Shown: positions 46,154 to 56,241 of the stretch, piece after piece
How the letters are laid out: the number at the start of each line of letters is the position of its first letter
Numbering within the stretch: the first letter of the stretch is position 1
Virus record (IMG/VR): IMGVR_UViG_3300034190_002401
Location: 21,459-85,458 of that record
Length of the DNA: 64,000 nucleotides
Reading direction: 5' to 3' (one strand)
From: a virus
Program-made: the position numbers and the translations under genes
Notes under the pieces: model-generated
Databases searched by the model: none
What the model was told of the DNA's origin: nothing
The model's input: the letters and a program-made list of their open reading frames with translations, nothing else

Positions 46154-47103
46154 AGTCATGGAATGAGATTGGTAGACCCACCGAGTTTGAGGATATAGTT
46201 GGACAGCATGCTTTCACTAAGGATGCTCTGAACTGGAAGGCGAACGACTCCTACCCAGACTCCCTACTCTTCGTAGGTCAGAGTGGTGTGGGTAAGACTA
46301 CAGCAGCACGTGTGATTGCCAGACAGATGCTAGACAGAGCGATAGACTGTGATTACTATGAGTGCAACGCCAGTGACGAAAGGGGCATCGAGTTCATTCG
46401 TGTATTCCTGAAGCAGGCTGCACAGACTAGCCCATACATGGCAGATAGAAAGGTCATCCTTCTTGATGAGGCTGATGGTCTGACTCCTGCTGCACAGGAT
46501 GCATTGAGACAGATTATAGAGAACAGCACAGAGAACTGTCTATTCATATTCACAGCCAATGATGAGAGCAAGATACGACCTGCCATCAAGAGCAGGTGTG
46601 TAGTATACAAGTTCAAGGCTGTTGACAGCAAGGAGGGTGCGAAGCATCTCCACAACGTATGTGAGAAGTGTGGAGTGCCTGAGGCTGTCCTCAATGTGTG
46701 GAAGGACTACTTCCCAAGACTCGTCACCTACATGGGTGGGGACTTGAGGTCAGCAGTAGGTGTGTTGGAATCGTTGCAGAAGCATGACATGCATGCCCTG
46801 AAAGACAGGGTGAGTGACTTCAGTGGACCGAGCCAAGCAGCCCTGTCTGCTTTGACAGACGAGTGGATGGACATGCGTGTGCAGTTCCACAAGGCAGTCT
46901 CCAACGGAAGGGACAGGTTCTTCGTGATGCGTTCCTTCTATCAGAATCTATCATCCCTGTTTGATATGGATGACGATGAGAAAGTCTGGACAGTGCTCTC
47001 TGTGTATGGTGATATGATGACACACATATACGAATGGCCTGACAGCGACCAAGCATTCCTCGACTACTTCGTAGCGAGATTAAGAAAGGAAGTGAAACAA
47101 TGA
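46150..47103 (+). CDS. rfcS: Replication factor C small subunit (clamp loader)
   Basis: GQSGVGKTT, NASDERGI, LLDEAD, SRC. Confidence 0.95.
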   Translation: MKSWNEIGRPTEFEDIVGQHAFTKDALNWKANDSYPDSLLFVGQSGVGKTTAARVIARQMLDRAIDCDYYECNASDERGIEFIRVFLKQAAQTSPYMADRKVILLDEADGLTPAAQDALRQIIENSTENCLFIFTANDESKIRPAIKSRCVVYKFKAVDSKEGAKHLHNVCEKCGVPEAVLNVWKDYFPRLVTYMGGDLRSAVGVLESLQKHDMHALKDRVSDFSGPSQAALSALTDEWMDMRVQFHKAVSNGRDRFFVMRSFYQNLSSLFDMDDDEKVWTVLSVYGDMMTHIYEWPDSDQAFLDYFVARLRKEVKQ

Positions 47104-47237
47104 ACAGCGGTGTAATAGAAGAATTAGATAGAACGATACAAGGTGGTCTACTTGGTATACAAGTTAGCATAGACAACCTGAATATAACGATGAAGGCAGT
47201 CCTTAATGAGATAAAGGAGATGAAGAAAAATGAATGA
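47100..47237 (+). CDS. Hypothetical 45-aa coiled-coil peptide
   Basis: Fills the gap, coupled. Confidence 0.5.
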   Translation: MNSGVIEELDRTIQGGLLGIQVSIDNLNITMKAVLNEIKEMKKNE

Positions 47238-48606
47238 AGAAAACCATGAATACGAGTATGAAGACGTACCAGAGAAAGCCAACGACAGTCCACTTGCTAT
47301 GCCAGAGGGTGTCATAGAACGCATGCAGAAGCACGCAGAAAGAACAGGAGACAAGTTGCCTGATGTAATCAAGCACTTCCTCTCTTTCATTGAGAGCGAG
47401 CACTCATGTGAAGATTGGATGGAAGAGGATGAGGACTTACTCATCGACTGGGCAGAGCAGTGTTTCATCCAGTTGAGGCGAAGCACAGTAGGTGGTGGGG
47501 CTAACACAGTTCCATTCGTAGGTTGCTTCGTAGGTGTAGACGCTAAGAAGACAGACCGCAGAGGTGGTATGGTTAGCAGGGCAACTAGAGAGTTCGTCAT
47601 GAATAACAAGGAAGCAGTTGACAACGGAGTTGTAGGAGAGTACTTCCATCAAGGAAACTTCTGGGGTATCAAGACTGCTAATGGTGTGATAGATACCAAC
47701 GACCCGATTGAAGAAGAACCTTCGATGGGTATCAGAGTAGATGGAAAGTACATCTGTCTGATGGGAAGAACAACAGGGAGACCAATGTATCCTTCCCTAC
47801 TAGGTAGAAACTATTACTTCTTGGGCAACCATGAGAATGAGTTCGACAAAGATATCAAACTATGGAGAGTAGATGCTCTAGGAGAGTCTTCTGATATGAA
47901 AGTAAAGGTAGGAGAGGCATGTAGGATACAGGTCAGGCCACCTAACGCTGAAGCAGCAGAGGCATTCAGAGATGTACTTGGTACTGGTATAGGTTTCCAT
48001 GAGAACATAGAGTATACCACTAACTTCGTAGATGAGGATGAGGTGAAGTTCCTCCATCCACACAAGTTCCTAGCATCTGATTTGTTCCATCAACTGTATG
48101 TGCCACTTGAATCATTGAGTGATGCTTATGCTACTGGTAGTAGAACCTTTGAGATAAATGGTGAGGTAGGTAAGGCAGGACCTATTGTATTCACAAAAGG
48201 TAGCGTGAGCAGACTATCTACAGAGGGTAGAGAGAGTGCGTATGATGAGTCTGGTAGAAACTTCAGCCTCAATCTAACTAACATATCCCTACAGAGTCAG
48301 TATGGAGATAAGCCACAAGCAGAGGTATCGTGCTGGATTAGTGGAGCATGCCATGACAACTCGAATCCGTTCGTTGCTAGAAAGGGCGATGAGGAAATAC
48401 CTTGGGCTGAGAAGTCATCAATCATTGTGATTGGAAGAATAGGTATGAGTGTGAGGGATGGTGTGGAGAGTCCTAAGATGAATGTCTTTGGTATCTATGC
48501 AGACCCAAGGAGAATACGAAAGAGGACACAAGGTGGTAACACCAACATGTCCCAATTCATAGGAGAAGAGTCCAAGTCGGAAGATGAAGAAGACAAACAG
48601 GAGTGA
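47230..48606 (+). CDS. Putative ssDNA-binding (RPA/OB-fold-like) protein
   Basis: Beta-rich with an acidic tail, located between RFC and an ATPase. Function inferred from position. Confidence 0.5.
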   Translation: MNEENHEYEYEDVPEKANDSPLAMPEGVIERMQKHAERTGDKLPDVIKHFLSFIESEHSCEDWMEEDEDLLIDWAEQCFIQLRRSTVGGGANTVPFVGCFVGVDAKKTDRRGGMVSRATREFVMNNKEAVDNGVVGEYFHQGNFWGIKTANGVIDTNDPIEEEPSMGIRVDGKYICLMGRTTGRPMYPSLLGRNYYFLGNHENEFDKDIKLWRVDALGESSDMKVKVGEACRIQVRPPNAEAAEAFRDVLGTGIGFHENIEYTTNFVDEDEVKFLHPHKFLASDLFHQLYVPLESLSDAYATGSRTFEINGEVGKAGPIVFTKGSVSRLSTEGRESAYDESGRNFSLNLTNISLQSQYGDKPQAEVSCWISGACHDNSNPFVARKGDEEIPWAEKSSIIVIGRIGMSVRDGVESPKMNVFGIYADPRRIRKRTQGGNTNMSQFIGEESKSEDEEDKQE

Positions 48607-48611
48607 TATAA

Positions 48612-48872
48612 ATGACTGAAAAGAAAATGAGTAAAAAAGAAGTAGAAACGATGAACGCACAACTGAAAGAGCAGTTGGCTACGGTGACATCCGAGGCACA
48701 GAGAATCTCTGAAGCAGCACAGGAGATACAAGCACAATCTGCTAACAGACTGATTATTATCAGGCTGCTAGAGACATTCGTAAACAGTGTCAATGTGAGT
48801 CTTCAACAACTACAGAGAGACTTGAATGAGATACAAGGTTCTCCTCAACAACAAGTGGAAAGTGAGGACTAA
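48612..48872 (+). CDS. Coiled-coil hypothetical protein
   Basis: 86 aa, heptad-rich. Confidence 0.7.
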   Translation: MTEKKMSKKEVETMNAQLKEQLATVTSEAQRISEAAQEIQAQSANRLIIIRLLETFVNSVNVSLQQLQRDLNEIQGSPQQQVESED

Positions 48873-49888
48873 TGGCTGGATTCGGTAAAGCAAAGCAGAT
48901 GGAAGCGTCGAGAGACATACCACCTGCACTACAGAACACCCAACCTGATGTGGCCCCACTACAACAGGCGAAAAAGCCCATGACTCAGAAGGCTGACGCC
49001 TTCGCAGACTTGAGGGCTGAGTTGACTAACCTGCATCAGAACAGACCCAAGACTCACATGTTCGTGGGTATCGCCGGTCATGAGAACACAGGTAAGTCAG
49101 CCATTGTGCTTGACGCATTCGTCAAGGATGAGGAAGCAACCAAGAGGGGAGACACTCTTGAGATTGTGGACTTCGATGGTGGGGGGTCGGCATCAGCCAG
49201 TGCCTTCTACGCAGACAATGACCGCATTCAGTGTTGGGACCCTTGGGTCATGCAGACTGGTGACAGGACTGCGTATGATTATCCAGAGACTCACAATCGT
49301 GTCATGAAGATTATGCAGTTCGCCTTGCAGAGAGCCAAGGAACAGAACGCACCTGACTATGACGGACCTCGACTATGGGGTGTGTTGGTGACAGGTGTTG
49401 ACCTCTGGGACAGCGTATGTGTCAACAACATGCGTATCGTGGATTTGAATCTCGCTAAGGATGGTATCGACAGTGCTGATTGGAATAAGAAAGTGGGTCA
49501 CCAGTGGGATTGGGCGATACGCAAGACTCGTTTCCATCAGTTGACTGCTGTGTGCAAGGGACTGGTTAAGCAGGGTGTACGTATCTTCTGGGAAACCCAT
49601 CTTAGGATTACCAACTACTCTTTCGGAAAGAATGAGGAAGCGGCTAAGTGGAGGCCTGATTGGGAGAAGGCAAGCAACAACTTCGTGTTCCAGATTATCA
49701 CCATGAACAGGGAAGACTCCTATGATGATGAGACAGGTAAGTTAGTCAAGAGTGAGTACACTGCTACGTTCGACAAGTGTAAGACCAACGCACAACTACA
49801 GGGGCAGAAGAGGACAGTTCTAGTTACTGAAGTAGGTAAGCCTGCTGTGTTCCTTGGACTGCCTGAACTATACGACGGAAGTCTGTGA
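48872..49888 (+). CDS. RecA-like/AAA_24 P-loop ATPase (recombinase-like)
   Basis: GHENTGKS Walker A, IVDFDGG. Confidence 0.75.
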   Translation: MAGFGKAKQMEASRDIPPALQNTQPDVAPLQQAKKPMTQKADAFADLRAELTNLHQNRPKTHMFVGIAGHENTGKSAIVLDAFVKDEEATKRGDTLEIVDFDGGGSASASAFYADNDRIQCWDPWVMQTGDRTAYDYPETHNRVMKIMQFALQRAKEQNAPDYDGPRLWGVLVTGVDLWDSVCVNNMRIVDLNLAKDGIDSADWNKKVGHQWDWAIRKTRFHQLTAVCKGLVKQGVRIFWETHLRITNYSFGKNEEAAKWRPDWEKASNNFVFQIITMNREDSYDDETGKLVKSEYTATFDKCKTNAQLQGQKRTVLVTEVGKPAVFLGLPELYDGSL

Positions 49889-49889
49889 T

Positions 49890-50639
49890 ATGACACACGT
49901 GACTCTTGATAGGAAGAAGGCGTTAGCCTTCCTCTCATCGTTCGGTGAGAATGTGGAAGACCTGTTAGTGATGGTAGCGGGTGCTAGGTTAACTGGTACT
50001 ATCGCATACGACACACACTACCTACGCAGGCACATGCTAGTACCACATGATGATGTCAAGAGCGAGGGCAACCTAGGCATATCCGACCTGAAGAAGGTGG
50101 TGCAGTTCTGCAAGAAGGCCAAAGGTGCTAAGGTGGTGTTCACCCAACAGGACATGGGGAAGCAACTGACAGTGAAGTGTGATTCAATGACACTGAAAGT
50201 ACCCACCATGAGTAGCATCAACAGTTATTCCAAAGTCCCGTTCGTTGAGAAGATTCTCAAGCAGACGGAGAAGAGCATGTTCACCACGTACAAGGACAAG
50301 CAGTTAGAGGCTCACGGTACGATAGACATAACCAACCTGAAGTCGGTATCTAGTTTCAAGAACTTCTTCGCATATCCTAACTTCATGATATCATTACACC
50401 CAGAGGAGAATGAGTTCTTCCTCAGGGCAGGCAAACAAGGCACTATGCAATTGACAATCGACATCGAGTTGACAGATGCAGAAGGCCCGAACCAGAGATA
50501 TGAATCTAAGTTCGGGAAGTGGCTGATGGAATGTACCTCTCTTCTAGACGAGGGGAGTGCAGTTCTACACATGGGGGAAAGCACCTTCTTGTTCATTCAA
50601 CAAGATAACAGTTTCCTCGTTATCAAGAACGAGGCATGA
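49890..50639 (+). CDS. Putative PCNA-like sliding clamp
   Basis: About 250 aa with a two-domain alpha/beta pattern, directly upstream of polB, and RFC is present. Confidence 0.6.
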   Translation: MTHVTLDRKKALAFLSSFGENVEDLLVMVAGARLTGTIAYDTHYLRRHMLVPHDDVKSEGNLGISDLKKVVQFCKKAKGAKVVFTQQDMGKQLTVKCDSMTLKVPTMSSINSYSKVPFVEKILKQTEKSMFTTYKDKQLEAHGTIDITNLKSVSSFKNFFAYPNFMISLHPEENEFFLRAGKQGTMQLTIDIELTDAEGPNQRYESKFGKWLMECTSLLDEGSAVLHMGESTFLFIQQDNSFLVIKNEA

Positions 50640-53017
50640 GTATGATAGTGGATTGGTTTCACCCTGACTTCGACAGGACTGAGTTACCTCACATATACGA
50701 ACGCACGAGAGGTGCGGATGGTGTATTGAAGGAGAGGATAATCACATCTGAGGATGATGATTACATCAAACCGTTCTGCTGGGTCAGGAAAGACATCAAT
50801 CCTAGATTGCAGTCAAGGGTATGTGCAGACTTCCAAGGCACTGAGTTCCACTTCGATGAAGAGGCTGAGGGTATTGATGGTGTACCGCTCATCAAGATGA
50901 CGACTACTTCACCAGACAACTTGTGGAACATCAAAGACAGGATAGATACCTATGAGGCCGACCTAGACTACAGAGACCAGTATATCATCAACGCATACCC
51001 AGATGGTATTCCTGAGTTCGTACCACGCATATGGTACTATGACTTGGAGTGGGATGTCGAAGAGGACTTCACAACTGTCATGGCTGTTGTTGATACCTTT
51101 GAAGACCATCCTGTGGTTTTCGCATGGAAGGAAGGAGTGCAATACTTCTCCACTGATTGGATAGACAGACATGGTGGATATGTATTACATCTATATGGAA
51201 GTGAGGCTGCGATGCATGAGGGCTTCCTTCAGTATCTTGATGCCTGCAATCCAGACATAATGGTAGCACACGCTGGGAACTGGGCTGACCTTCCACACAT
51301 GGCTAGAAGGCTAGAGGACATGAACAGACTAAGCCCTCTGCATTACATGACACCTTTGAGAGAGGGGGGTCAGGGTTTCTATGATGATACTGCACAACCA
51401 CTGAGAGGTCGTCTGGTGTACGACAGTGCCGCACGTGGTATGACTGGTAGTGGTTTCGAGTCCATCTGGCAGAAGTCAGGAAGGGGACAGATGTCTAGTA
51501 GGAAACTAGACTGGGTGGCACAGAGACTAGAACTCGGTGAGAAACTCACTAACAGGATAGAGGGAATGACTGTACACAATGGGTGGAGAGAATACTTTGA
51601 TGAGTTCGTTGACTATTGTCTGGTGGATACCACATTACTCAGAGATGTTGATGAGAAACTACACGCAATCGACTTCCACCTAGCCATGCAACAGTTGTGT
51701 GGTGTGGCTTTCCCAAGCACCAATAGGGTAACCAGATACTTCAGGGGTCTGATTGCTAGAAGGACAGACAAGAAAGCACCATCAGGTAGGGCTAACTCAA
51801 GAGAGGAACTACAGGCTGCTTTCATTCCAGACCCCAAGTACGGGAGACATGATGGTGTTGCTCTCGTAGACTATGCATCGCTTTACCCTAACATCATCCT
51901 CAGTGATAACCTGTCATGGGAGACCAAGAGGAGACATGGTGGTGAGGGAATAAAGACAGTGGGTAATGGTACGCACTGGGAGCAAACCAAACAAGGCCTT
52001 CTGCCTAGCGTCGTTGTCGAGATGCTGGCTCTGAGGAAGGAGTACAAGAAGAAGATGTACGAAGCGACTGACCCAGATGAGAAACTGGGATACGACATGC
52101 TACAGACTGCTACCAAGGTTGCAGTCAATGCTCTCTACGGTATGGTTTCCATGCGAAAGATAGGGGGTATGTGGTCTGACCTAGACATTGGTAAGACCAT
52201 CACCTACAGAGGTAGGGAGAGTATCAAGTTCCTAATGACAGAGAGTGAGGAACAGGGATACAAAGCCCTGTATGGACACACAGACTCTGCATTCATTCAA
52301 GTCCCATTCGATGAAGCCGAGGCATTAGCAAAGCACCTGACCAAATCTGCTCAGGAGAAATTAGACATGCCTTATCTTGATGTAGAGTTAGAGGCATACT
52401 TCGACTATTGGATTAGCACCAAGACGAAGAACAGATACTTCGGTATCAAGACTTGGCCTGAGTCTGAGAAGGGTAAGATGAAGGTCACAGGTTTCGAGTT
52501 GAAGGCAGCCAACGCTGCTCCTATTACCAAGCAAGTGCAGGACATAGCATTCAATCTCATAGGAACAGGTGCTTCTGAGGATGATGTGAATGCAGCAATC
52601 AGACCCATAGTCAACTCTCTTAAGGATGGTACGGTCAACATAGAGGATGTCGCTACATTCGGTAGAGTCAAGAAACCATTCCATCAGTATACAACAGTAG
52701 TACCCATGGCTGTTAGAGCAGCCAAGTATTACAATGACAACATGCAACCAGATGAGCCTTTCAGACCCGGAGACGGAGCACAATGGATATACATATCAAA
52801 CACGCCTGAGTCTCTTCCTAACCAAGTAGAGTTCAGTAAGAGAAAACCCATGTGGGCAGAGGTAGTTGCGTTCAGAGACCCATCTGAGATAGATGAGTTC
52901 GACATTGATTACGAGAAAATCACAGAGAAGATGATACACAAGAAACTGGAATCTGTGTACAGTGCCATGGAATGGAAGTTAGATTCTCTATCAGGTAGTA
53001 TACCGGAGGAGTGGTGA
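50636..53017 (+). CDS. polB: Family B DNA polymerase
   Basis: Exonuclease motifs YDLE and YCLVD; DYASLYP, KVAVNALYG, YGHTDS, KNRY. Confidence 0.97.
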   Translation: MSMIVDWFHPDFDRTELPHIYERTRGADGVLKERIITSEDDDYIKPFCWVRKDINPRLQSRVCADFQGTEFHFDEEAEGIDGVPLIKMTTTSPDNLWNIKDRIDTYEADLDYRDQYIINAYPDGIPEFVPRIWYYDLEWDVEEDFTTVMAVVDTFEDHPVVFAWKEGVQYFSTDWIDRHGGYVLHLYGSEAAMHEGFLQYLDACNPDIMVAHAGNWADLPHMARRLEDMNRLSPLHYMTPLREGGQGFYDDTAQPLRGRLVYDSAARGMTGSGFESIWQKSGRGQMSSRKLDWVAQRLELGEKLTNRIEGMTVHNGWREYFDEFVDYCLVDTTLLRDVDEKLHAIDFHLAMQQLCGVAFPSTNRVTRYFRGLIARRTDKKAPSGRANSREELQAAFIPDPKYGRHDGVALVDYASLYPNIILSDNLSWETKRRHGGEGIKTVGNGTHWEQTKQGLLPSVVVEMLALRKEYKKKMYEATDPDEKLGYDMLQTATKVAVNALYGMVSMRKIGGMWSDLDIGKTITYRGRESIKFLMTESEEQGYKALYGHTDSAFIQVPFDEAEALAKHLTKSAQEKLDMPYLDVELEAYFDYWISTKTKNRYFGIKTWPESEKGKMKVTGFELKAANAAPITKQVQDIAFNLIGTGASEDDVNAAIRPIVNSLKDGTVNIEDVATFGRVKKPFHQYTTVVPMAVRAAKYYNDNMQPDEPFRPGDGAQWIYISNTPESLPNQVEFSKRKPMWAEVVAFRDPSEIDEFDIDYEKITEKMIHKKLESVYSAMEWKLDSLSGSIPEEW

Positions 53018-53148
53018 TGACTGAGTATGAGTATTGTTCAAAGTGTGGTGAGGAGATGAAGGGTAGACTTGGTAAGAGACTTGGACTCTGTGACTACTGT
53101 GCAAAGAAATGGTATCAAAAAGAAATAAGGGAGATGAAATACAAATGA
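53017..53148 (+). CDS. 43-aa Zn-finger peptide
   Basis: CSKCG...CDYC, coupled on both sides. Confidence 0.55.
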   Translation: MTEYEYCSKCGEEMKGRLGKRLGLCDYCAKKWYQKEIREMKYK

Positions 53149-53489
53149 GTAGAATAGAAGATGAGGTATGTAATAAGATAAAAGGAAGAGCGGCAGTAGG
53201 CAAGGAGAAGTACGGAGTGACCATGGAGACCGCTCCTCTTACCACGATGGAGTGGTTGACTCATGCACAGGAAGAGGCCATGGACTTAGCCGTATACCTA
53301 CAGAAACTCATAGAGAAGCAGCAACACCTGCGTAGAGATGTGTGTTGGTGGTGTGGTGGTAGACTCATCTGGCAAAGCGATTTCGATAAGGAAGACGTGG
53401 TTGGTGAGGGTGAGGGTATGGTGACATTCTTGACATGCAGCGACTGCAACGCTGAAGTTCAGTACACGACGGGGGATGAGGAAGAGTGA
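53145..53489 (+). CDS. MazG-like NTP pyrophosphohydrolase-family protein with a Zn ribbon
   Basis: GKEKYG..WLTHAQEEAMDLAVYL; CWWC..CSDC. Confidence 0.6.
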   Translation: MSRIEDEVCNKIKGRAAVGKEKYGVTMETAPLTTMEWLTHAQEEAMDLAVYLQKLIEKQQHLRRDVCWWCGGRLIWQSDFDKEDVVGEGEGMVTFLTCSDCNAEVQYTTGDEEE

Positions 53490-53611
53490 TATCGAAATGC
53501 AACTGTGGATGGCAAGGTCTCACTACCACACATATGGTGAAAGGTACACCTATGTGTCCCAACTGTGAAAGACCTTTCTCACAATTCAAATGCGAGGGGT
53601 GTGGAGAATGA
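53486..53611 (+). CDS. 41-aa Cys-rich peptide
   Basis: CNC..CPNC..CEGC, coupled. Confidence 0.5.
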   Translation: MISKCNCGWQGLTTTHMVKGTPMCPNCERPFSQFKCEGCGE

Positions 53612-54585
53612 GGTACAATCCTAATGAGGACATTAAGGTAGACAGGACTGAGAGGGATGACTATCCCTTTGATGACCTGCTTGAATCGTACAGTAAGAGT
53701 ACATACGCTTGGCAACCCGGCATGGTGGTTGATGGTGTGGAGCAGATACTGAGAGTGACTAAGAGCAGTCTAGGTACATTCGGTTTCTGTGCAAAGCAGT
53801 ACGAGTTTCAGAACATAATGAAACTACCCACTGAGGAGAAGGACCACCATGTTCGTGGAAACAACGTGCATGATTTTACTGAGTACTTCTTTGAGCAGAT
53901 GTACGAACACTATGATGAAGTGATAGAACTGATAGAAAAAGGGGAGATAGAGAAGGCTAGAGACCGTATGCACTCGGTCATCCCCACACCGCCTGAACCA
54001 TATCAGTATGGTGAGCCTGAGCAGATTACTGCTTGGGTTGATTGGCAGTTCAATAGACTGCTAGCCTGCGAAGGAGAGAACTGGTTTCCTGCTGGTAATG
54101 AGGCGGAGATACATGGGTCAAGAATCGTAGAGGTGAAGAACGATAATGGTGATACAGTCAATGTACCTATTCACATGCGTGGTTTCATCGACAGGATATT
54201 CGAGGATGGAGAAGGGGGCTTCGCTCTGATGGAGTTGAAGACCGGCAAGTGGAAGACTAGGAAGTCATCTGACATGAGGGCTGAGATGCAGTTCTACAAG
54301 ATGATGCTAGAGAACAGCCCACACGGTGAGTATCTCCCCATCACACACTGGGGATGGGAGTTCCCCGGTGGGGACATAAACGAGGGTGACGGCAAACACT
54401 GGGACTACCAGTCTGTCAATGACAGAAGTGCCAAGAACACCCCAGCAGTAGTGGAGCGTAGGCTGAAGAAGTTAGTCAAGGCCCACTTGGATAAGTCATT
54501 TCCCGCAAGCAGAAACGAGTTTAAGTGCGCTTGGTGCGACTTTCTGGATATCTGCCCTGCGTGGACATTGGAGGAGTTAGAATGA
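53608..54585 (+). CDS. Cas4-like PD-(D/E)XK exonuclease (Fe-S)
   Basis: FCAKQY, GFIDRI, ELKTG, QFY, CAWCDFLDIC. Confidence 0.9.
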   Translation: MRYNPNEDIKVDRTERDDYPFDDLLESYSKSTYAWQPGMVVDGVEQILRVTKSSLGTFGFCAKQYEFQNIMKLPTEEKDHHVRGNNVHDFTEYFFEQMYEHYDEVIELIEKGEIEKARDRMHSVIPTPPEPYQYGEPEQITAWVDWQFNRLLACEGENWFPAGNEAEIHGSRIVEVKNDNGDTVNVPIHMRGFIDRIFEDGEGGFALMELKTGKWKTRKSSDMRAEMQFYKMMLENSPHGEYLPITHWGWEFPGGDINEGDGKHWDYQSVNDRSAKNTPAVVERRLKKLVKAHLDKSFPASRNEFKCAWCDFLDICPAWTLEELE

Positions 54586-54914
54586 ACAGAGAAGACAACG
54601 AAGAGAGAAGAAATTGCCAGAGAATGCTAGAGAAGGTCTTGACAGGAGTAGTATCTAGATTAGTACCATACATGAATGTGAATGTGAAAATGAAAATGAC
54701 AGGTAGAGATAACTATACCATATCGTTAAGCAGACAAACTACACTACACGAGTATGGTGACATAGGAGTACAAGCACCAGAGGATGAGAAGTACGATTAT
54801 CTAGATATAGCAATTAACAAGACTCTATTGAACAATCCTGACATTGGGAGCATTGTCGGTAATTTGATTGATGATGTGGAAGTGAAAATGGAACACCTAA
54901 GGCAGAAGGATTAG
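54582..54914 (+). CDS. Hypothetical protein with a PIP-like QTTLHEY
   Basis: Start re-called at ATG 54582. Confidence 0.65.
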   Translation: MNREDNEERRNCQRMLEKVLTGVVSRLVPYMNVNVKMKMTGRDNYTISLSRQTTLHEYGDIGVQAPEDEKYDYLDIAINKTLLNNPDIGSIVGNLIDDVEVKMEHLRQKD

Positions 54915-54915
54915 G

Positions 54916-56022
54916 ATGGGATTCATCACATTGGACTTCCCAAGAGAAGTTCTTGAGTTGAACTCTGAGGGTAACAAGGGCTTCAGGAGACTGGTAAAGA
55001 ACTCCGAAGAACTAGAGGCTTACTGGAGGGGTAAGAATGGGAGTGGTAACGTATACTTCACTGCGTATGGATACAGAAGCCTGACCCCACCTCGTAACCA
55101 CAGAGTTGACTACAACACACCAATCATCAGACACTTCGTATGTGACTTTGATTGCAAGAACTTCAGGAAGAAAGGTGAGGATGTACCGTTTGATGAGATG
55201 CAGGAACAGGTACGTGCCCTCCATACTCACTTAAAAAGCAGCAACAAAATCCACTATATTTGGTTTAGTGGTGGTGGTTTTCATTTTTGGATACCACTTA
55301 GCAAAACCCACACACCCTCTACAGGGTATGACGTGGCTATGGTCAAGGAAGCAGGTAGACATCTTCTCTCCGACTGGCATAAGAAGTTAGACTTGTATTG
55401 CAACGACCCTACTGTTGCCTTCGATACTGCTGGTATGATTAGGATACCTAACTCCTACAACAGCAGAAGAGGCTGCTGGACAATCCCTCTTACTTCCCAT
55501 GAAGTGATGACGTGTAACCATGATGACCTCATAGAAATGTCACAAGAGTCACGTTCTGGTTTTATCAAACACGGCACTGAGACTGTCAAACTACAAATCA
55601 AGAAGAGAACCAAGAAGTTCAAGGGTAAGGAGTACAAGAACATCGACTTGCCTGAACTGGCTATTGACAATATGATTATCCTACCATGCCTAGCACAGTC
55701 AGCAATGGGTGGTGGTAACCCCACACACAAGGCTAGGGTTCACTTCGCATCATACCTAGCGGGTAGACTGAGGTGGTTCTTCCCGCCTGATTATCCTTCA
55801 TTAGAAGAGAAGGAAACTCACATCAACCAGATTGTTGATATCATTGAGGCTCAAGAATGGGTTGACTTCAATCCATCAGTCACTAGACATCAAGTCAAGA
55901 GTATAGTGATAGGCAGTGGTGGTAACAACGGATATATCCCAGCCACCTGTCGCACGTTAATACACGACGGTATCTGCACTGGAAGATGCAGATACTATGA
56001 TGGGACAGCGGAGGATGATTGA
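54916..56022 (+). CDS. priS: Archaeo-eukaryotic primase, PriS fused to a PriL-like Fe-S domain
   Basis: DFD, FSGGGFH, RIPNSYN; C-terminal PCL...C..L...GIC...C. Confidence 0.9.
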   Translation: MGFITLDFPREVLELNSEGNKGFRRLVKNSEELEAYWRGKNGSGNVYFTAYGYRSLTPPRNHRVDYNTPIIRHFVCDFDCKNFRKKGEDVPFDEMQEQVRALHTHLKSSNKIHYIWFSGGGFHFWIPLSKTHTPSTGYDVAMVKEAGRHLLSDWHKKLDLYCNDPTVAFDTAGMIRIPNSYNSRRGCWTIPLTSHEVMTCNHDDLIEMSQESRSGFIKHGTETVKLQIKKRTKKFKGKEYKNIDLPELAIDNMIILPCLAQSAMGGGNPTHKARVHFASYLAGRLRWFFPPDYPSLEEKETHINQIVDIIEAQEWVDFNPSVTRHQVKSIVIGSGGNNGYIPATCRTLIHDGICTGRCRYYDGTAEDD

Positions 56023-56241
56023 ATGAATACCAAGAGGATTTGTAAGGAATGTGGAAAGAAACTACCAAGTAGGAATGGTAATAGAAAGTCATTCACCAAT
56101 CTATGTCAGTTTTGTTTCACACACCCACCAGACGATTATAGGTGTCACGCTATCACACAAAAGGGTAACAGATGTGCTTTCAGAATAACAGGTAAATCTA
56201 GGAAGTTATGTAAGATACACTCTAGGAGGCAAAAAGAATGA
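56023..56241 (+). CDS. Small double Zn-finger protein
   Basis: CKEC..CQFC; CHAITQKGNRC...CKIH. Confidence 0.7.
   Translation: MNTKRICKECGKKLPSRNGNRKSFTNLCQFCFTHPPDDYRCHAITQKGNRCAFRITGKSRKLCKIHSRRQKE

Noticed and set aside
8972-53017. Inteins or introns in TerL, RFC or PolB
   Set aside because: Protein lengths are normal and no intein splice motifs or interruptions were seen.
53608-54585. Cas4-like gene as a CRISPR-Cas system
   Set aside because: No other cas genes and no array; solo Cas4-like nucleases are routine in archaeal virus replication modules.
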